This document shows positions 12,122 through 22,434 of a stretch of DNA of 64,000 bases, piece after piece (the first letter of the stretch is position 1; every line of letters starts with the position of its first letter). A model generated the notes under the pieces. That model worked only from the letters and a program-made list of their open reading frames with translations, did not search any database and was not told where the DNA came from. The stretch spans positions 13,326 through 77,325 of the forward strand of contig JAPLLX010000002.1 of the NCBI GenBank assembly GCA_026387335.1. The letters are read 5' to 3'. The translations under genes were made by a program, and so were the position numbers. Source of the stretch: Candidatus Omnitrophota bacterium. Lineage in GTDB: Bacteria; Omnitrophota; Gorgyraeia; Gygaellales; Profunditerraquicolaceae.

Positions 12122-13495
12122 ATGAAAACAAAAGTAATAATAGAGCTTTCCGAGCGCTGGCTTAAAGTCACGATTGGCCGCAAGGTTTCTGTTGATCCTA
12201 TATTGAACACAGACCCGGCGACAATAGCCGCGTTATTAACTTCAGTTTTTAAGCAGAGTAAATGCGGCAAGGATCTGGAAGTCTTTGTGGTTTTAAGCCG
12301 CAACAAAATAACCGTGCGCCGCGTCGACCTGCCTTCGCAAGACCCCAAAGAAATCGAGCAGATGCTTGGGCTCTATCTTATCCGTCAGATCCCGTATCAT
12401 AAAGAAGAGGTTTTCTGGGCCTATCAGAATTTGGGTTTTGACGGGATAAGCAACAGCCATATACTCTTGGCTATAGCCCTAAAGAATATGTTCAGGAACA
12501 TCGTGACTTCGTTTGGGCCGCTGAATCTGTTACCTGAATCTATATTGATGAGCTCTCAAGGGTTGATCCATTATGTTTCCGACGCGCTTAAAGATAAGAG
12601 CGTTTTACAGGGGCCGTATTTAATACTGGATATAGATACTAATTACAGCGAGCTGATCCTGGTCAACAAGCAAAAATTAAATTCCAGCGTAGTCCTGGCC
12701 CAGGGCGCCGAGCAATTGAAAGATGAGCGGGAAAAAGACAGGTTTATTGTTGAGCTTAAGCAGGGTTTGGTGGCCTTTAATAGCGAGGTCCCCGACGTAA
12801 AAGCGGAGAGACTCTTTTTAAGCGGAGCCTCAGAAGCTCAGCTGGTTATTGTGGAAGCAGCTTTAGCCAGGGACTTTAATATAAAGGCGCAATATGTCTC
12901 GACAAAGGATTATGATAGTTTTAACCCGGGTCAGCCCAAAGAGCTTTCGCTTTCAGCAGCGCTGGGTTTTAGCTCCCAGGTAGCCAGAGACGATATAAAG
13001 TTCATCCTTCCGGAGTTACAGATAAAGAAGGAGATGCAGGCCAAGGCCCGCCAGCTTATGGTTTTAGGGGTATGCCTGGTTTACATATTTATTATGTTCT
13101 GCGCGATCGGCCTGGTAAGGATGGCCCAGAAACAATCTTATTCCGCCAACCTTAAGGCTAAAGTAAAGAGCCTGGCTAAGGATACGCAGGAGCTGGAGGA
13201 TATAACCAATAAGCTTAAGGTGGCCAAACAATATGTAAACCCCAAGGCTTCTGTCCTTACGTTGCTTTATGAACTTTCTCGCTTTTGCCCCGAGGGTATA
13301 ACCATCACAAATTTCAACTGGGAATTGGGAAAGACTTTTTCTTTCCGGGGCTACGCGCAACAAATTCCGGATATATTGGCATTCACCAATACTTTGAGCA
13401 ATTCCGAATATTTTAAAGGCGCGCAAAACCGTTATACCCGCAGGCGTACCGTCAAAGACAGGGAGATGGTTGATTTTGAAATCGTAATTAAATAG
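12122..13495 (+). CDS. GspL / PilM-PilN-like fusion protein
   Basis: Actin-like cytoplasmic part (LILDID, LFLSGAS), single TM (LMVLGVCLVYIFIMFCAIGLV), PilN-like C-terminus; operon context. Confidence 0.7.
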   Translation: MKTKVIIELSERWLKVTIGRKVSVDPILNTDPATIAALLTSVFKQSKCGKDLEVFVVLSRNKITVRRVDLPSQDPKEIEQMLGLYLIRQIPYHKEEVFWAYQNLGFDGISNSHILLAIALKNMFRNIVTSFGPLNLLPESILMSSQGLIHYVSDALKDKSVLQGPYLILDIDTNYSELILVNKQKLNSSVVLAQGAEQLKDEREKDRFIVELKQGLVAFNSEVPDVKAERLFLSGASEAQLVIVEAALARDFNIKAQYVSTKDYDSFNPGQPKELSLSAALGFSSQVARDDIKFILPELQIKKEMQAKARQLMVLGVCLVYIFIMFCAIGLVRMAQKQSYSANLKAKVKSLAKDTQELEDITNKLKVAKQYVNPKASVLTLLYELSRFCPEGITITNFNWELGKTFSFRGYAQQIPDILAFTNTLSNSEYFKGAQNRYTRRRTVKDREMVDFEIVIK

Positions 13496-13556
13496 GGACA
13501 GCGACCATTTTTCTGGTCGCTCAGCTAAGAGAAAAACGGTCGCTGTCCCTATTTAA
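13488..13556. repeat. Palindrome family 1, copy F
   Basis: Same arms; supplies the TAG stop of the upstream gene. Confidence 0.95.
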
Positions 13557-13562
13557 AATAGA

Positions 13563-14093
13563 ATGATGAAATTAAATAATAAAGAGAAGACTTTAGCAAC
13601 ATTAGTAGGTTTGGTCCTGGCTATTTTTTTGCTCAAGGCCTTTGTCTTCGGTCCGATATTTGAGAAGATTACGACTTATAACCAGGAGATTGAACAATCT
13701 AAGATGGCCATACGTAAATTTATGGCCCTTGAGCATAACCGCAGCGAAATTCTTAAAGCCCAGAAGCAGATAGAAGGATATTCCAGCCTTAAAGGCTCTG
13801 ACGAAGACAAAACTGCCATGGTTATGAGCAAGGTTGAGGCTGAGGCCCGCAAAGCCAAATTGCAGGTATCGGATATGAGCCCGGGCGGATCCAGTAAAAC
13901 AAAAGGGGGGGCGGTTATTTATAGCATACAGCTGCGCGCAGAGGGGAAATTAGATGATATATTGAATTTTCTATCCGGAATTGAAAAAGCCAGCACTCTT
14001 TTGCAGGTAGCTAAGCTGACGTTATCCAATAAGGATGAAATCAGCGATGTGCTTAAACTGGAAGTAATTGTTTTGGGAGTGTCATTTTCCTAG
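13563..14093 (+). CDS. GspM/PilO-like protein
   Basis: LNNKEK plus TM plus coiled coil, then a ferredoxin-like C-terminus (AEGKLDDILNFL..IE); context. Confidence 0.7.
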   Translation: MMKLNNKEKTLATLVGLVLAIFLLKAFVFGPIFEKITTYNQEIEQSKMAIRKFMALEHNRSEILKAQKQIEGYSSLKGSDEDKTAMVMSKVEAEARKAKLQVSDMSPGGSSKTKGGAVIYSIQLRAEGKLDDILNFLSGIEKASTLLQVAKLTLSNKDEISDVLKLEVIVLGVSFS

Positions 14094-14104
14094 AGGAGGT
14101 TATT

Positions 14105-14500
14105 ATGAGAAAAGGTTTTACTTTAATCGAACTGATGCTTGTAGTTATTATTATCGGCGTTTTGTCGGCGATGGTCGTGCCGCGGCTGGCCGGACGCTCA
14201 GAGCAGGCCAGGATACAGGCGGCAAAAACAGATATTAACTCCAGTATTCCCCTGGCGCTTGACCTCTATGAGATGGATATGGGAAACTTTCCGGAAAGCC
14301 TGGACTATTTAAGGACGCGGCCCGGAACCGGAGATAGCTGGCGCGGGCCATATCTAAAAAAGAAACCGCTGGATCCCTGGGGTAAAGCTTATATTTATAA
14401 AGCTCCGGGCGAGCATAACCAGGACGGCTATGACCTTTATTCCATGGGGCCAGACGGCCAGGCGGGTACAAGCGACGATATCGTAAACTGGGGTGAATAG
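14105..14500 (+). CDS. gspG: Major pseudopilin GspG
   Basis: Prepilin site KG|FTLIELM, ALDLY..D.G.FP, W.GPYL, DPWG..Y.Y..PG, YDLYSMGPDG. Confidence 0.92.
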   Translation: MRKGFTLIELMLVVIIIGVLSAMVVPRLAGRSEQARIQAAKTDINSSIPLALDLYEMDMGNFPESLDYLRTRPGTGDSWRGPYLKKKPLDPWGKAYIYKAPGEHNQDGYDLYSMGPDGQAGTSDDIVNWGE

Positions 14501-14909
14501 GCTTAAAGGTTTTACTCTGATTGAAGTGATGATAAGCGTGCTTATTCTGGGCACAGGCTTGGCGGTTGTCGCCAATTCTTACCTCTCCGCGGTCAGAGGT
14601 ATAAATAGCGCCCAGAATAATATTCAGGCGACGCTTTTGGCAAAAGAAAAATTTGACGAGTTGGAGCTGTCCAGTTTAATGAAAAAAGGATTGACCGCGT
14701 TTTCTGCCAACGATACCCTAAAATCTTCAGGCAAAACTTACAAATACGACCTGAGTATTACAGAAATAGCCGAACCAGAATATATTTCTGAATACCTGGT
14801 TAAAACCTGCCTTACGCTAAGCTGGCAGGAAAAGAACGTCACCAAAAATGCCACTCTTTCCACTTATTTTCCTAAATATAAAGAAGAGAAAGCCAGCAAG
14901 AGCCTTTAG
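14493..14909 (+). CDS. Minor pseudopilin (GspI-like)
   Basis: KG|FTLIEVMIS prepilin motif. Confidence 0.85.
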   Translation: MNRLKGFTLIEVMISVLILGTGLAVVANSYLSAVRGINSAQNNIQATLLAKEKFDELELSSLMKKGLTAFSANDTLKSSGKTYKYDLSITEIAEPEYISEYLVKTCLTLSWQEKNVTKNATLSTYFPKYKEEKASKSL

Positions 14910-15450
14910 CCTTGTTGAGCTACTCATCGCGGTCTCCATATTCGCCGTAGTCAGTATCGCTGTTTATTCCACTTTTAGTTCAGGTTTAGACGTATTACGC
15001 AAGGTTAAGAATATTGACTTGGCCCAGCAGATGTTCCTGCTTAAGCAGGAAAGATTTGCTAAGGATTTAAGGCAGACAGTTTTATTACGTAAACCCTTAT
15101 TCTTAGGTTTAAAAGACAAGGTAAGCTTCGGAGCCATTGTTAACGATTGGCCCTGTCGCCTGACTTACGCGTTTGATAATTCTACTCAAAGCCTGACGCG
15201 CAATACCGATAAACTAAGCGATATACTCACCAGCGAAGGAAAGATTGAAGTTGAGTCCAAGTCCAAACCAACGGTTTTCATCCCCAAAGTAAAAAAAGCG
15301 GAATTTTCATATCTCTACCTGGATTTAAAGAAAAATGTTTACAGCTGGACTGAAGAATGGAAAGAGAAATTTCTGCCTCTGGCGGTAAAACTAAACATTT
15401 CAATCGGAAACCAAGATTATGCCACGACTGTATTTTTGCCCACAGCGTAA
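14848..15450 (+). CDS. Minor pseudopilin (GspJ-like)
   Basis: RA|FSLVELLIA prepilin motif; start codon uncertain (overlaps the previous gene). Confidence 0.8.
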   Translation: MPLFPLIFLNIKKRKPARAFSLVELLIAVSIFAVVSIAVYSTFSSGLDVLRKVKNIDLAQQMFLLKQERFAKDLRQTVLLRKPLFLGLKDKVSFGAIVNDWPCRLTYAFDNSTQSLTRNTDKLSDILTSEGKIEVESKSKPTVFIPKVKKAEFSYLYLDLKKNVYSWTEEWKEKFLPLAVKLNISIGNQDYATTVFLPTA

Positions 15451-16336
15451 AAACGGAAGTATAATCATGATCTGCCTTTGGATAATGGTGATCCTGGGCA
15501 TCCTGGGCATGGGCCTTACCGGGCTGGTATTCCAGGAGATAAGGTTTTCTTCGGCTATTTCGCGTTTGAATTTATCTTTACCTATGGCTAAAGCCGCCCT
15601 CAGGGTAGTTTTTTATGAAAGGGCCGCGGATACTACCCCGGATTACGATACCCTGCAGGAATTAGCGACGGAGAAGAGCGTATCCATATGCGGTAGTAAC
15701 CCCTACAAATACTATTTTGTAGATAAGCAGACTGTTCAAGATTCCGAAGAGATTATAGATGAGAGCGCGCTGATCAATATAAATCTGGCTTCTCTGGATG
15801 TGCTTAAGAGGTTACCCGGCGTAGATGAAGATATGGCGGATAAAATCGCTAACGCGGGCTTTCGTCCCTACTCTTCGATCAATGAAGTTCTTTTGGTAGA
15901 GGGCGTGACAGTCGAAAAATTCCGGCTTTTTAAGGATATGGTTACTGTTTACGGCAAGGGAAAGGTAAATATCAATACCGCCAGTAAGGCGGTTTTGGTT
16001 TGCCTGGGTTTAGATGAGGAATTAGCGGATATAATCTTGCGTTATCGTAAGGTGCATAGAATAGAGCCGAAAAAAGATAAAGACGGCAATCCTATCGGCC
16101 CGCAAGACGAATGTGGATTCTCAAGCCTATCTTCATTGGTTACGGACCTGCGCGAGTTTTCCAGTTTAGGCCTGCGCCAGGAACAGGATCTATTGAGCCT
16201 GCAGAATTCTTTGGCCGTAAAATCAGGATACCTGCGATTTAATATAGTCCCCCAAATAAACAACAAGACCGGCACGCATTATTCCGTGGTTATTAATCCC
16301 GAGACAAAGAAAATTGTTTCCTGGAGAGAGTATTAA
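15419..16336 (+). CDS. GspK-like minor pseudopilin
   Basis: NG|SIIMICLW, DESALININLA, helix-hairpin-helix LPGVD, GKVNINTAS. Confidence 0.85.
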   Translation: MPRLYFCPQRKNGSIIMICLWIMVILGILGMGLTGLVFQEIRFSSAISRLNLSLPMAKAALRVVFYERAADTTPDYDTLQELATEKSVSICGSNPYKYYFVDKQTVQDSEEIIDESALININLASLDVLKRLPGVDEDMADKIANAGFRPYSSINEVLLVEGVTVEKFRLFKDMVTVYGKGKVNINTASKAVLVCLGLDEELADIILRYRKVHRIEPKKDKDGNPIGPQDECGFSSLSSLVTDLREFSSLGLRQEQDLLSLQNSLAVKSGYLRFNIVPQINNKTGTHYSVVINPETKKIVSWREY

Positions 16337-16341
16337 ATATT

Positions 16342-16728
16342 TTATTGCGGACTTTCCTTGTTGGCTATAGCCTTTTGGATCTCGGCTACGACCGTATTCA
16401 GGTCAAACGGTTTTATAAGATAACCCACCACGCCAAGTTTGTAGGCCCTTTTGATATCTACCAGGTCGCTTAGCCCGGACATTATTATTATCGGAATGGT
16501 CTGGGCTTCTGCGTCGCTGTTTAACATCCGGCAGATTTCAAATCCGTCCAAATCCGGCATAAGCAGGTCCAGGAGGATAAGGTGGGGTTCAAAGTTTTTG
16601 ATTAATTTGATCAGTTGCTCAGGCTCCTTAGAGACCATGACTTCAAAACCTTTAGAAGTCAGCAGTTCTTTAAGCATGGACAATACTTCTTCCCGGTCGT
16701 CAGCGATAAAGATTTTTTTCTTGGGCAT
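16342..16728 (-). CDS. Single-domain response regulator
   Basis: IADD, LILLDLLMPDLDG, YLIKPF. Confidence 0.92.
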   Translation of the reverse strand: MPKKKIFIADDREEVLSMLKELLTSKGFEVMVSKEPEQLIKLIKNFEPHLILLDLLMPDLDGFEICRMLNSDAEAQTIPIIIMSGLSDLVDIKRAYKLGVVGYLIKPFDLNTVVAEIQKAIANKESPQ

Positions 16729-16754
16729 AACTTCCTTGGGTTAATTTAATTATT

Positions 16755-16783
16755 AGTATAGCGATATTTTTTTACTTAGTCAA
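16755..16783 (-). promoter_or_regulatory. sigma70-type promoter TTGACT-17-TATACT for the response regulator
   Basis: AGTCAA 16778-16783 and AGTATA 16755-16760 on +. Confidence 0.65.
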
Positions 16784-16813
16784 TAGTTAACAGGAAAGAG
16801 CTACCCTAGCCGG

Positions 16814-16842
16814 TTGACTTCTTGGCTCAGGCGGCGTATAAT
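16814..16842 (+). promoter_or_regulatory. sigma70-type promoter TTGACT-17-TATAAT
   Basis: Read directly; 8 nt upstream of ATG 16851. Confidence 0.7.
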
Positions 16843-16850
16843 TAATAAAT

Positions 16851-18884
16851 ATGGAAAATAGAAATACGCAGATATTAGATAATGTCCTTAAGCGCTTACT
16901 TTTGTTTTTCTTTTTCTGCCTACTCGTAGTTTATGCTTCCCGCGAGGTCGCCGACCTCGATCTTTGGCTGCATTTAAAAACAGGGGAGTATATCCTCCAG
17001 CACAAAACTATTCCCCCCGGAGATATTTTCGCGTTTACTATTTATGGCAAGCCTTGGATAAACCACGAATGGCTTTTTCAAGTGATCACCTATTTATTCC
17101 ATGCGGCTTGGGGCCCTACCGGCTTGATTCTCATGCAAAATATCATCGTTGTCTTGACCTTCCTGTTTTTGTGGATGGCCTTTCGCCGCCGGAACAATCT
17201 TATGTTGATTTTTAGCGTCCTCTATCTGGCAGTGCTGGCGTCGGCTTATCGTTTTATGATCAGGCCGGATATCTTTAGCCTGCTTTTCCTTAGCGCCTAT
17301 CTTTGCGTATTGAAAGATTTTAACGAAAATAATTCTGCTTGGATATGGATATTGCCTTTTGCCCAGATCATCTGGGTAAATATCCACGGTTTTGCTTTTG
17401 CCGGGCCGCTACTCGTCGGTGTATTCTTATTGAGCGAGTTTATCAAAAGGATGGGCTTAGGGAATAATGTGCGGCGTTTGGATAACCGGCAGGTAAAACA
17501 GCTTTTTATGCTATTAGCGATATTACTACTGGTTTCTTTTATCAACCCTTATGGCTCTAAAGGAGCTTTTTATCCGTTTTTGGTTTTAGAGCAGATATCC
17601 GGCAAAGGAAAAGTAATCTTTCAATACGTCAAAGAACTTGCCTCACCGATTAATCCTAAAAATCTCTTTGACGGGGGGCGCTTCCTTTATTATAAAGTAC
17701 TGCTTATTGTTTCATTTTTTAGTTTTATTTTTAACCGCAAGCGGATAAATATCGCCGATTTACTTCTGTGGCTTTTCTTCCTTTTTTCTTCCCTGGTTGC
17801 CGCCAGAAACGCGGCTATTTTTGCGATCGTAGCGGCCTTTGTGACTTTAAATAACGCGCAACTTTTCTGGGAAAACAGGGGACCTCTATTCTCCGGGTGG
17901 CGTAAGAGCATTCTTTCTCCCATTCTAAAATACCTGTGCGTGGCGGCCTTATTTTACTATCCGGCAAGAGGCGCGCAACAATTCCTGGAGCTTGTAGCTG
18001 ATTCTCTGGGTACTTACGCCTTAAAATCCAGCCGAAATGGCGTGGCCGAAGCTACCTATCCCCAGAAGGCCGTGGATTTCCTGCTTAAAAATAATTTCCC
18101 CAAGTATATGTTCAATGATTTTAACTCCGGTTCTTTCTTAGTCTACAATGTTTTTCCCCGCAGACAGGTCTTTATAGACGGAAGGACAGAGCTTTACGGC
18201 CCGGATTTCTTTTCCGATTATGCTTTGGCCGGAAGCGGAGAGAAGGAGGTAATCGAGAAGATAATTAAGAAATACGCTATCAAGGCGTTCTTCCTGACTA
18301 TTTCTGCGCATGACCTTCAGGACGGGCTCATAGATTATTTGCTTTATAATCCAGACTGGAAGATCGTCTATCTGGATGAAGCGGCAATTATTTTTGTCCA
18401 GGATATCCCGGAAAATAGGGCTTTGATCAAAAAGTTTCAGATTAATTTAAAAGATTGGGAGCCGCCAAGTTTAAGGCCTTTAAAAAACAGCAATATTTTC
18501 CCGTATCCGTTTGCGTATCTTTACCGGGCGCGTTTTTTCCATAGACACGCTCTTTACGCCAATGCCGCCAAAGAATCCCGGGTTATTCTTTCTTTGGTCC
18601 CCAATAACCAAGAAGCTTTGGATTTTATAGAGGAGGCCTGTTTTAACCGGGCGTTGATTGCGTCGAATAAGGGAGAGCTGGATCAGGCTATCTTGGATTA
18701 TTCGAAGGTAATAGAGATTAACCCCCAGAACGCCAACGCCTATAACAACCGGGCGGTCGCTTTTTTCTGGAAGCAGGAATACGCCAAAAGCTGGAAAGAC
18801 GTGCAGAGCGCGCAAATGTTGGGATTTAAGGTCCACCCCGGATTTATTCAACAACTTAAAGCATCCTCCGGGAAGGAAGAATGA
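16851..18884 (+). CDS. Polytopic membrane protein, possible GT-C-fold glycosyltransferase, with C-terminal TPR
   Basis: Many TM segments; D.DLWLHL, NHEWL, RP..FS, W.N.HG.F, FIDGR.ELY; TPR motifs (AILDYSKVIEINPQNANAYNNRA). Confidence 0.6.
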   Translation: MENRNTQILDNVLKRLLLFFFFCLLVVYASREVADLDLWLHLKTGEYILQHKTIPPGDIFAFTIYGKPWINHEWLFQVITYLFHAAWGPTGLILMQNIIVVLTFLFLWMAFRRRNNLMLIFSVLYLAVLASAYRFMIRPDIFSLLFLSAYLCVLKDFNENNSAWIWILPFAQIIWVNIHGFAFAGPLLVGVFLLSEFIKRMGLGNNVRRLDNRQVKQLFMLLAILLLVSFINPYGSKGAFYPFLVLEQISGKGKVIFQYVKELASPINPKNLFDGGRFLYYKVLLIVSFFSFIFNRKRINIADLLLWLFFLFSSLVAARNAAIFAIVAAFVTLNNAQLFWENRGPLFSGWRKSILSPILKYLCVAALFYYPARGAQQFLELVADSLGTYALKSSRNGVAEATYPQKAVDFLLKNNFPKYMFNDFNSGSFLVYNVFPRRQVFIDGRTELYGPDFFSDYALAGSGEKEVIEKIIKKYAIKAFFLTISAHDLQDGLIDYLLYNPDWKIVYLDEAAIIFVQDIPENRALIKKFQINLKDWEPPSLRPLKNSNIFPYPFAYLYRARFFHRHALYANAAKESRVILSLVPNNQEALDFIEEACFNRALIASNKGELDQAILDYSKVIEINPQNANAYNNRAVAFFWKQEYAKSWKDVQSAQMLGFKVHPGFIQQLKASSGKEE

Positions 18885-18895
18885 AGGTTTTAAGA

Positions 18896-20422
18896 TTAAT
18901 AATCCCTGTCCAGGCTGCGGTATTGCACCGCCTCGGAAAGATGCTCCGTTTGAATATCCGCGTTTCCCGCTAAATCCGCAAGCGTCCGGGAAATTTTCAA
19001 GATCTTGTCATATGCCCGGGCGCTAAAATTTAACTCGGCCATCGCCAGCTTCAGTAATTCGTTTTCCTCTTTGCCCAACGCGCAAAACTTTCTTACCTGC
19101 TTGTGGCTCATTTGAGCGTTACACCCGATACCTTCATCCTTAAACCTGGCTCTTTGTATATCACGGGCCTTATTTACTCTTTCCTGGATTTGGGCAGAAC
19201 TTTCCGCCGGCAGATTACTGGATAACTCCTGGTATTTGGCAGCTGGCACTTCAATATGGATATCTATTCTATCCAGAAGCGGGCCGGAAATCTTCGCGCG
19301 GTAGCTGGCGATTTTAGTTGTGTTACAGCGGCAGGCCTTATGCGGATCGGTAAAATACCCGCAAGGGCAAGGGTTCATCGCAGCTACCAGGACAAATGCC
19401 GCGGGAAAGGTTACGGATTTAAATATCCGCGCTACGCGGATCGAGCCGTCTTCTAACGGCTGGCGCAAGGCCTCAAGGCAGTCGCGCCGGAATTCCGGAA
19501 GTTCGTCCAGAAAAAGCACTCCCTGATGCGCTAAGCTGATTTCTCCCGGGATAGGTATCGAGCCGCCGCCAACCATTGCCGCGCTGGATATGGTGTGATG
19601 CAGAGAACGGAACGGCCGGGTAGAGATAATCCCGTTTTTATTTACCAAAGCGCCGACCACCGAATGTATCTTACTTACCTCCAGCATTTCTTCCAGCGTT
19701 AAATCCGGCATAATCGTAGGAATTCTTTTGGCGAGCATAGTTTTGCCGCTTCCCGGCGGCCCGATCATTAGGATATTGTGTCCTCCGGCAATAGCTACCT
19801 CTAGGGCTCTTTTAGCCAGAAATTGGCCCTTTACTTCCGAGAAATCCACGCGGTGAAGGTTCTTATTTTCAGATAAGCTTAATAGATCCAGCCGGAAGGG
19901 TTTAAGCATCCCGGGATTGTTTAAGAATTCCACGCTTTCCCTAAGTGTCTTGAGCGCAAATACCGAAACCCCCGAGACTATAGCCGCTTCTTTGGCGTTT
20001 TGTTCCGGTAGGATAACTCGGTTAGAGGCAGAATTTGCCGCAGCCATAGCTATTGGTAACGCTCCTCTTATCGGCCTAAGCGTTCCATCTAAAGCAAGCT
20101 CCCCTAAAATAAAGTATCCGGATAACCCGGAGCTGTTGATCTGGCCAGTTGCCGCCAGTATGCCTAAAGCAATCCCTAAATCAAAGCAAGCGCCTTCTTT
20201 TCGAATTCCGGATGGCGCAAGGCTTAGCGTGATCCTTTCCGCCGGCCAGTTAAACCCCGAGTTTTTAATCGCGCTCTTGACCCTTTCCCGGCTTTCTTTT
20301 ACCGCGGAATCCGGCAGGCCAACCATATTTACCGCTGGCAACCCCCGGGAAACATCTACTTCTATCTCTACAGGGTAAGCTTCTATGCCGTGTAACCCAA
20401 AACTTAAAGCCCGCGCCAGCAT
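18896..20422 (-). CDS. comM: ComM/YifB Mg-chelatase-like AAA+ ATPase
   Basis: [56 protein letters not shown]; start moved to ATG 20422 (GGAGG upstream). Confidence 0.92.
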   Translation of the reverse strand: MLARALSFGLHGIEAYPVEIEVDVSRGLPAVNMVGLPDSAVKESRERVKSAIKNSGFNWPAERITLSLAPSGIRKEGACFDLGIALGILAATGQINSSGLSGYFILGELALDGTLRPIRGALPIAMAAANSASNRVILPEQNAKEAAIVSGVSVFALKTLRESVEFLNNPGMLKPFRLDLLSLSENKNLHRVDFSEVKGQFLAKRALEVAIAGGHNILMIGPPGSGKTMLAKRIPTIMPDLTLEEMLEVSKIHSVVGALVNKNGIISTRPFRSLHHTISSAAMVGGGSIPIPGEISLAHQGVLFLDELPEFRRDCLEALRQPLEDGSIRVARIFKSVTFPAAFVLVAAMNPCPCGYFTDPHKACRCNTTKIASYRAKISGPLLDRIDIHIEVPAAKYQELSSNLPAESSAQIQERVNKARDIQRARFKDEGIGCNAQMSHKQVRKFCALGKEENELLKLAMAELNFSARAYDKILKISRTLADLAGNADIQTEHLSEAVQYRSLDRDY

Positions 20423-20542
20423 CTTTACCTCCCTTTGCTTTAATAGACGTAATAAGGGAGGAAATCTAACCAAATAATTTAATAGCCATTGACTAAGAGA
20501 AAAGGCTTGCAATTTGACCTCTTGATTATATAATATTTCATT

Positions 20543-21079
20543 ATGAATAAGCGGAGCCTTAAAAACATCCTTATCCTGCTTTTGGTGAGCAGTTCTATTT
20601 TTCTTGTGCTTAGATATGTCTCTTCCCTAAAAGAGAACATCGCGGCGCTTGAAAATCAGAAGCAAAACCTCTTGCAGGAACTGGAGAAAGAGAAACAGGC
20701 CCTGGAAAAAGAAAAAGCGTCTGTCCAGCAACTGACTACTAAAAACGCCGGGCTGAAAAATTATTTAAAAGGCGCCCACAAGAGGCTGAATAAAGCATTT
20801 ACGGTTTTAGACAAGGCCGAAGAGAAGATGGATAAGCTGAACGCCCAATTTTCCATACTTAAGGCGGAGAATGGCGCGCTTTTAGAGGAAAAAGATAGGA
20901 TCGCCAAGGAAAACGCAGCAATGAAGATGAAGCTGAATTCCATAGATGAACTTAAAAAGGCGATAAGGGAACTTAAAAGACAGGTGCAAATAGAGGGTAA
21001 TCGCGGCTTTTTGATTAAAGATGGCCAGCCGACTTCTGCCGCAAAGATCAAAATAGAAGTGGTCCCTGCCTCAAGGTAA
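20543..21079 (+). CDS. Membrane-anchored coiled-coil hypothetical protein
   Basis: N-terminal TM followed by long heptad-rich E/K/L sequence. Confidence 0.7.
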   Translation: MNKRSLKNILILLLVSSSIFLVLRYVSSLKENIAALENQKQNLLQELEKEKQALEKEKASVQQLTTKNAGLKNYLKGAHKRLNKAFTVLDKAEEKMDKLNAQFSILKAENGALLEEKDRIAKENAAMKMKLNSIDELKKAIRELKRQVQIEGNRGFLIKDGQPTSAAKIKIEVVPASR

Positions 21080-21084
21080 CAACC

Positions 21085-21531
21085 ATGAGAGAAATATTTT
21101 TACAACTATCCCAGAATAAGATTTTTATCACTACGCTTTCCGCCTGGTTGATTGCCCAGGCCCTAAAGGTATTTATCGGGGTTGTGCAAAAGAAGAGGCT
21201 GGATTTTCGTTTATTTGTGGGGACAGGTGGTATGCCCTCGGCCCACGTAGCGGGCGCGGCCTGTTTAGCGACAGCCATAGGTTTAGAATACGGTTTCCAA
21301 AGCGTCAATTTCGCCCTGGCTGCTTCCTTCGCCATAGTGGTTATGTTTGACGCCCAGGGGGTCAGGCGGGCGACCGGGAAACAGGCGCGCATATTAAATA
21401 AAATAACCGACGATATTTATTGGCAGGGTAAAATTCACGACGGCCGCTTACGCGAGCTTATCGGCCACACCCCCCTAGAGGTCATCGGAGGATTTTTTGT
21501 CGGTGTGCTCATAGCAATATTGGCGCATTAA
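21085..21531 (+). CDS. Divergent PAP2 family protein (DUF212/YuiD-like)
   Basis: GGMPSAH, VMFDAQGVRR, LRELIGHTPLEV. Confidence 0.9.
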   Translation: MREIFLQLSQNKIFITTLSAWLIAQALKVFIGVVQKKRLDFRLFVGTGGMPSAHVAGAACLATAIGLEYGFQSVNFALAASFAIVVMFDAQGVRRATGKQARILNKITDDIYWQGKIHDGRLRELIGHTPLEVIGGFFVGVLIAILAH

Positions 21532-21554
21532 ATAATTTAGAAAGGAAGAGTAAA

Positions 21555-22370
21555 GTGAATAAAAGAGTCTGGATAACCGGCGGTATAATATTGCTAGTCT
21601 TAATTTTGTTAGTGTCATTTTCCTTCAAAAAAGGCAGTTCTTCTTTTCCCGGACAAAAGCCAGCCGGGCCAACCTCCCAGGCCCTTTTAAGCCAAGCCAA
21701 GGCTTTACAGGCTAAGAGTGACCTGCTGGGAGCAAAAGCTGCCTACCAGAAGCTGGTAAATGATTTTCCCAATTCCGGCGAGGTAATGAATTGGCAGAAT
21801 AAGATAGAAGATATAAATATTAAACTTTTGTTCTCGCCCGCGCTGACTCCTAAGAGCGCGCTTTATGAGATAAAGCCGGGAGACACGCTTACCAAGATCG
21901 CCCGGGAATTTAAAACTACTCCGGATTTAATAAAAAAGAGCAATAATCTAAGCGATGACCGGATCAACCCGGGCAGGAAAATCAAAGTCTGGGTAGCGCC
22001 TTTTAGTATCCTCGTAGACAAGTCTCAGAATATCCTGATCCTTAAGAGCGACGAGGAGATAATCAAGACTTATATCGTGTCAACGGGGAAGAATAATTCT
22101 ACTCCTGTAGGAAATTTCAAAATTACCTCTAAATTAATCAATCCCACCTGGTTTAAGGCCGGAGCGGTTGTACCGGCAGGCACCCCGGAAAATATATTGG
22201 GCACGCGTTGGATGGGCATAGATAGACCCAGTTACGGAATACACGGCACCACTGAGCCCCAAAGCTTAGGCAAGCAGGTCACGCAAGGTTGTGTGCGTAT
22301 GTCTAATCCGGAAGTGGAAGAACTCTATACAATAGTCCCTGTCGGCACAGAAGTAGTTATCGTTGACTAA
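21555..22370 (+). CDS. LysM-containing L,D-transpeptidase
   Basis: YEIKPGDTLTKIA (LysM); YGIHGT...TQGCVRM (YkuD His/Cys). Confidence 0.92.
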   Translation: MNKRVWITGGIILLVLILLVSFSFKKGSSSFPGQKPAGPTSQALLSQAKALQAKSDLLGAKAAYQKLVNDFPNSGEVMNWQNKIEDINIKLLFSPALTPKSALYEIKPGDTLTKIAREFKTTPDLIKKSNNLSDDRINPGRKIKVWVAPFSILVDKSQNILILKSDEEIIKTYIVSTGKNNSTPVGNFKITSKLINPTWFKAGAVVPAGTPENILGTRWMGIDRPSYGIHGTTEPQSLGKQVTQGCVRMSNPEVEELYTIVPVGTEVVIVD

Positions 22371-22382
22371 ACAATCCTAAAT

Positions 22383-22428
22383 GAGATCGCCACGCCCGCC
22401 ACTTAATTGATAGCGGGCTCGCGATGAC
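22383..22428. repeat. Right-half copy of palindrome family 3
   Basis: GAGATCGCCACG-hairpin-CTCGCGATGAC resembles GAGATTGCTTCG-hairpin-CTCGCAATGAC at 6834-6871. Confidence 0.65.
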
Positions 22429-22434
22429 AAGGAA

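Noticed and set aside
20423-20512. N-terminal extension of ComM
   Set aside because: An RBS and family homology begin at ATG 20422; the upstream region looks like divergent promoter sequence.
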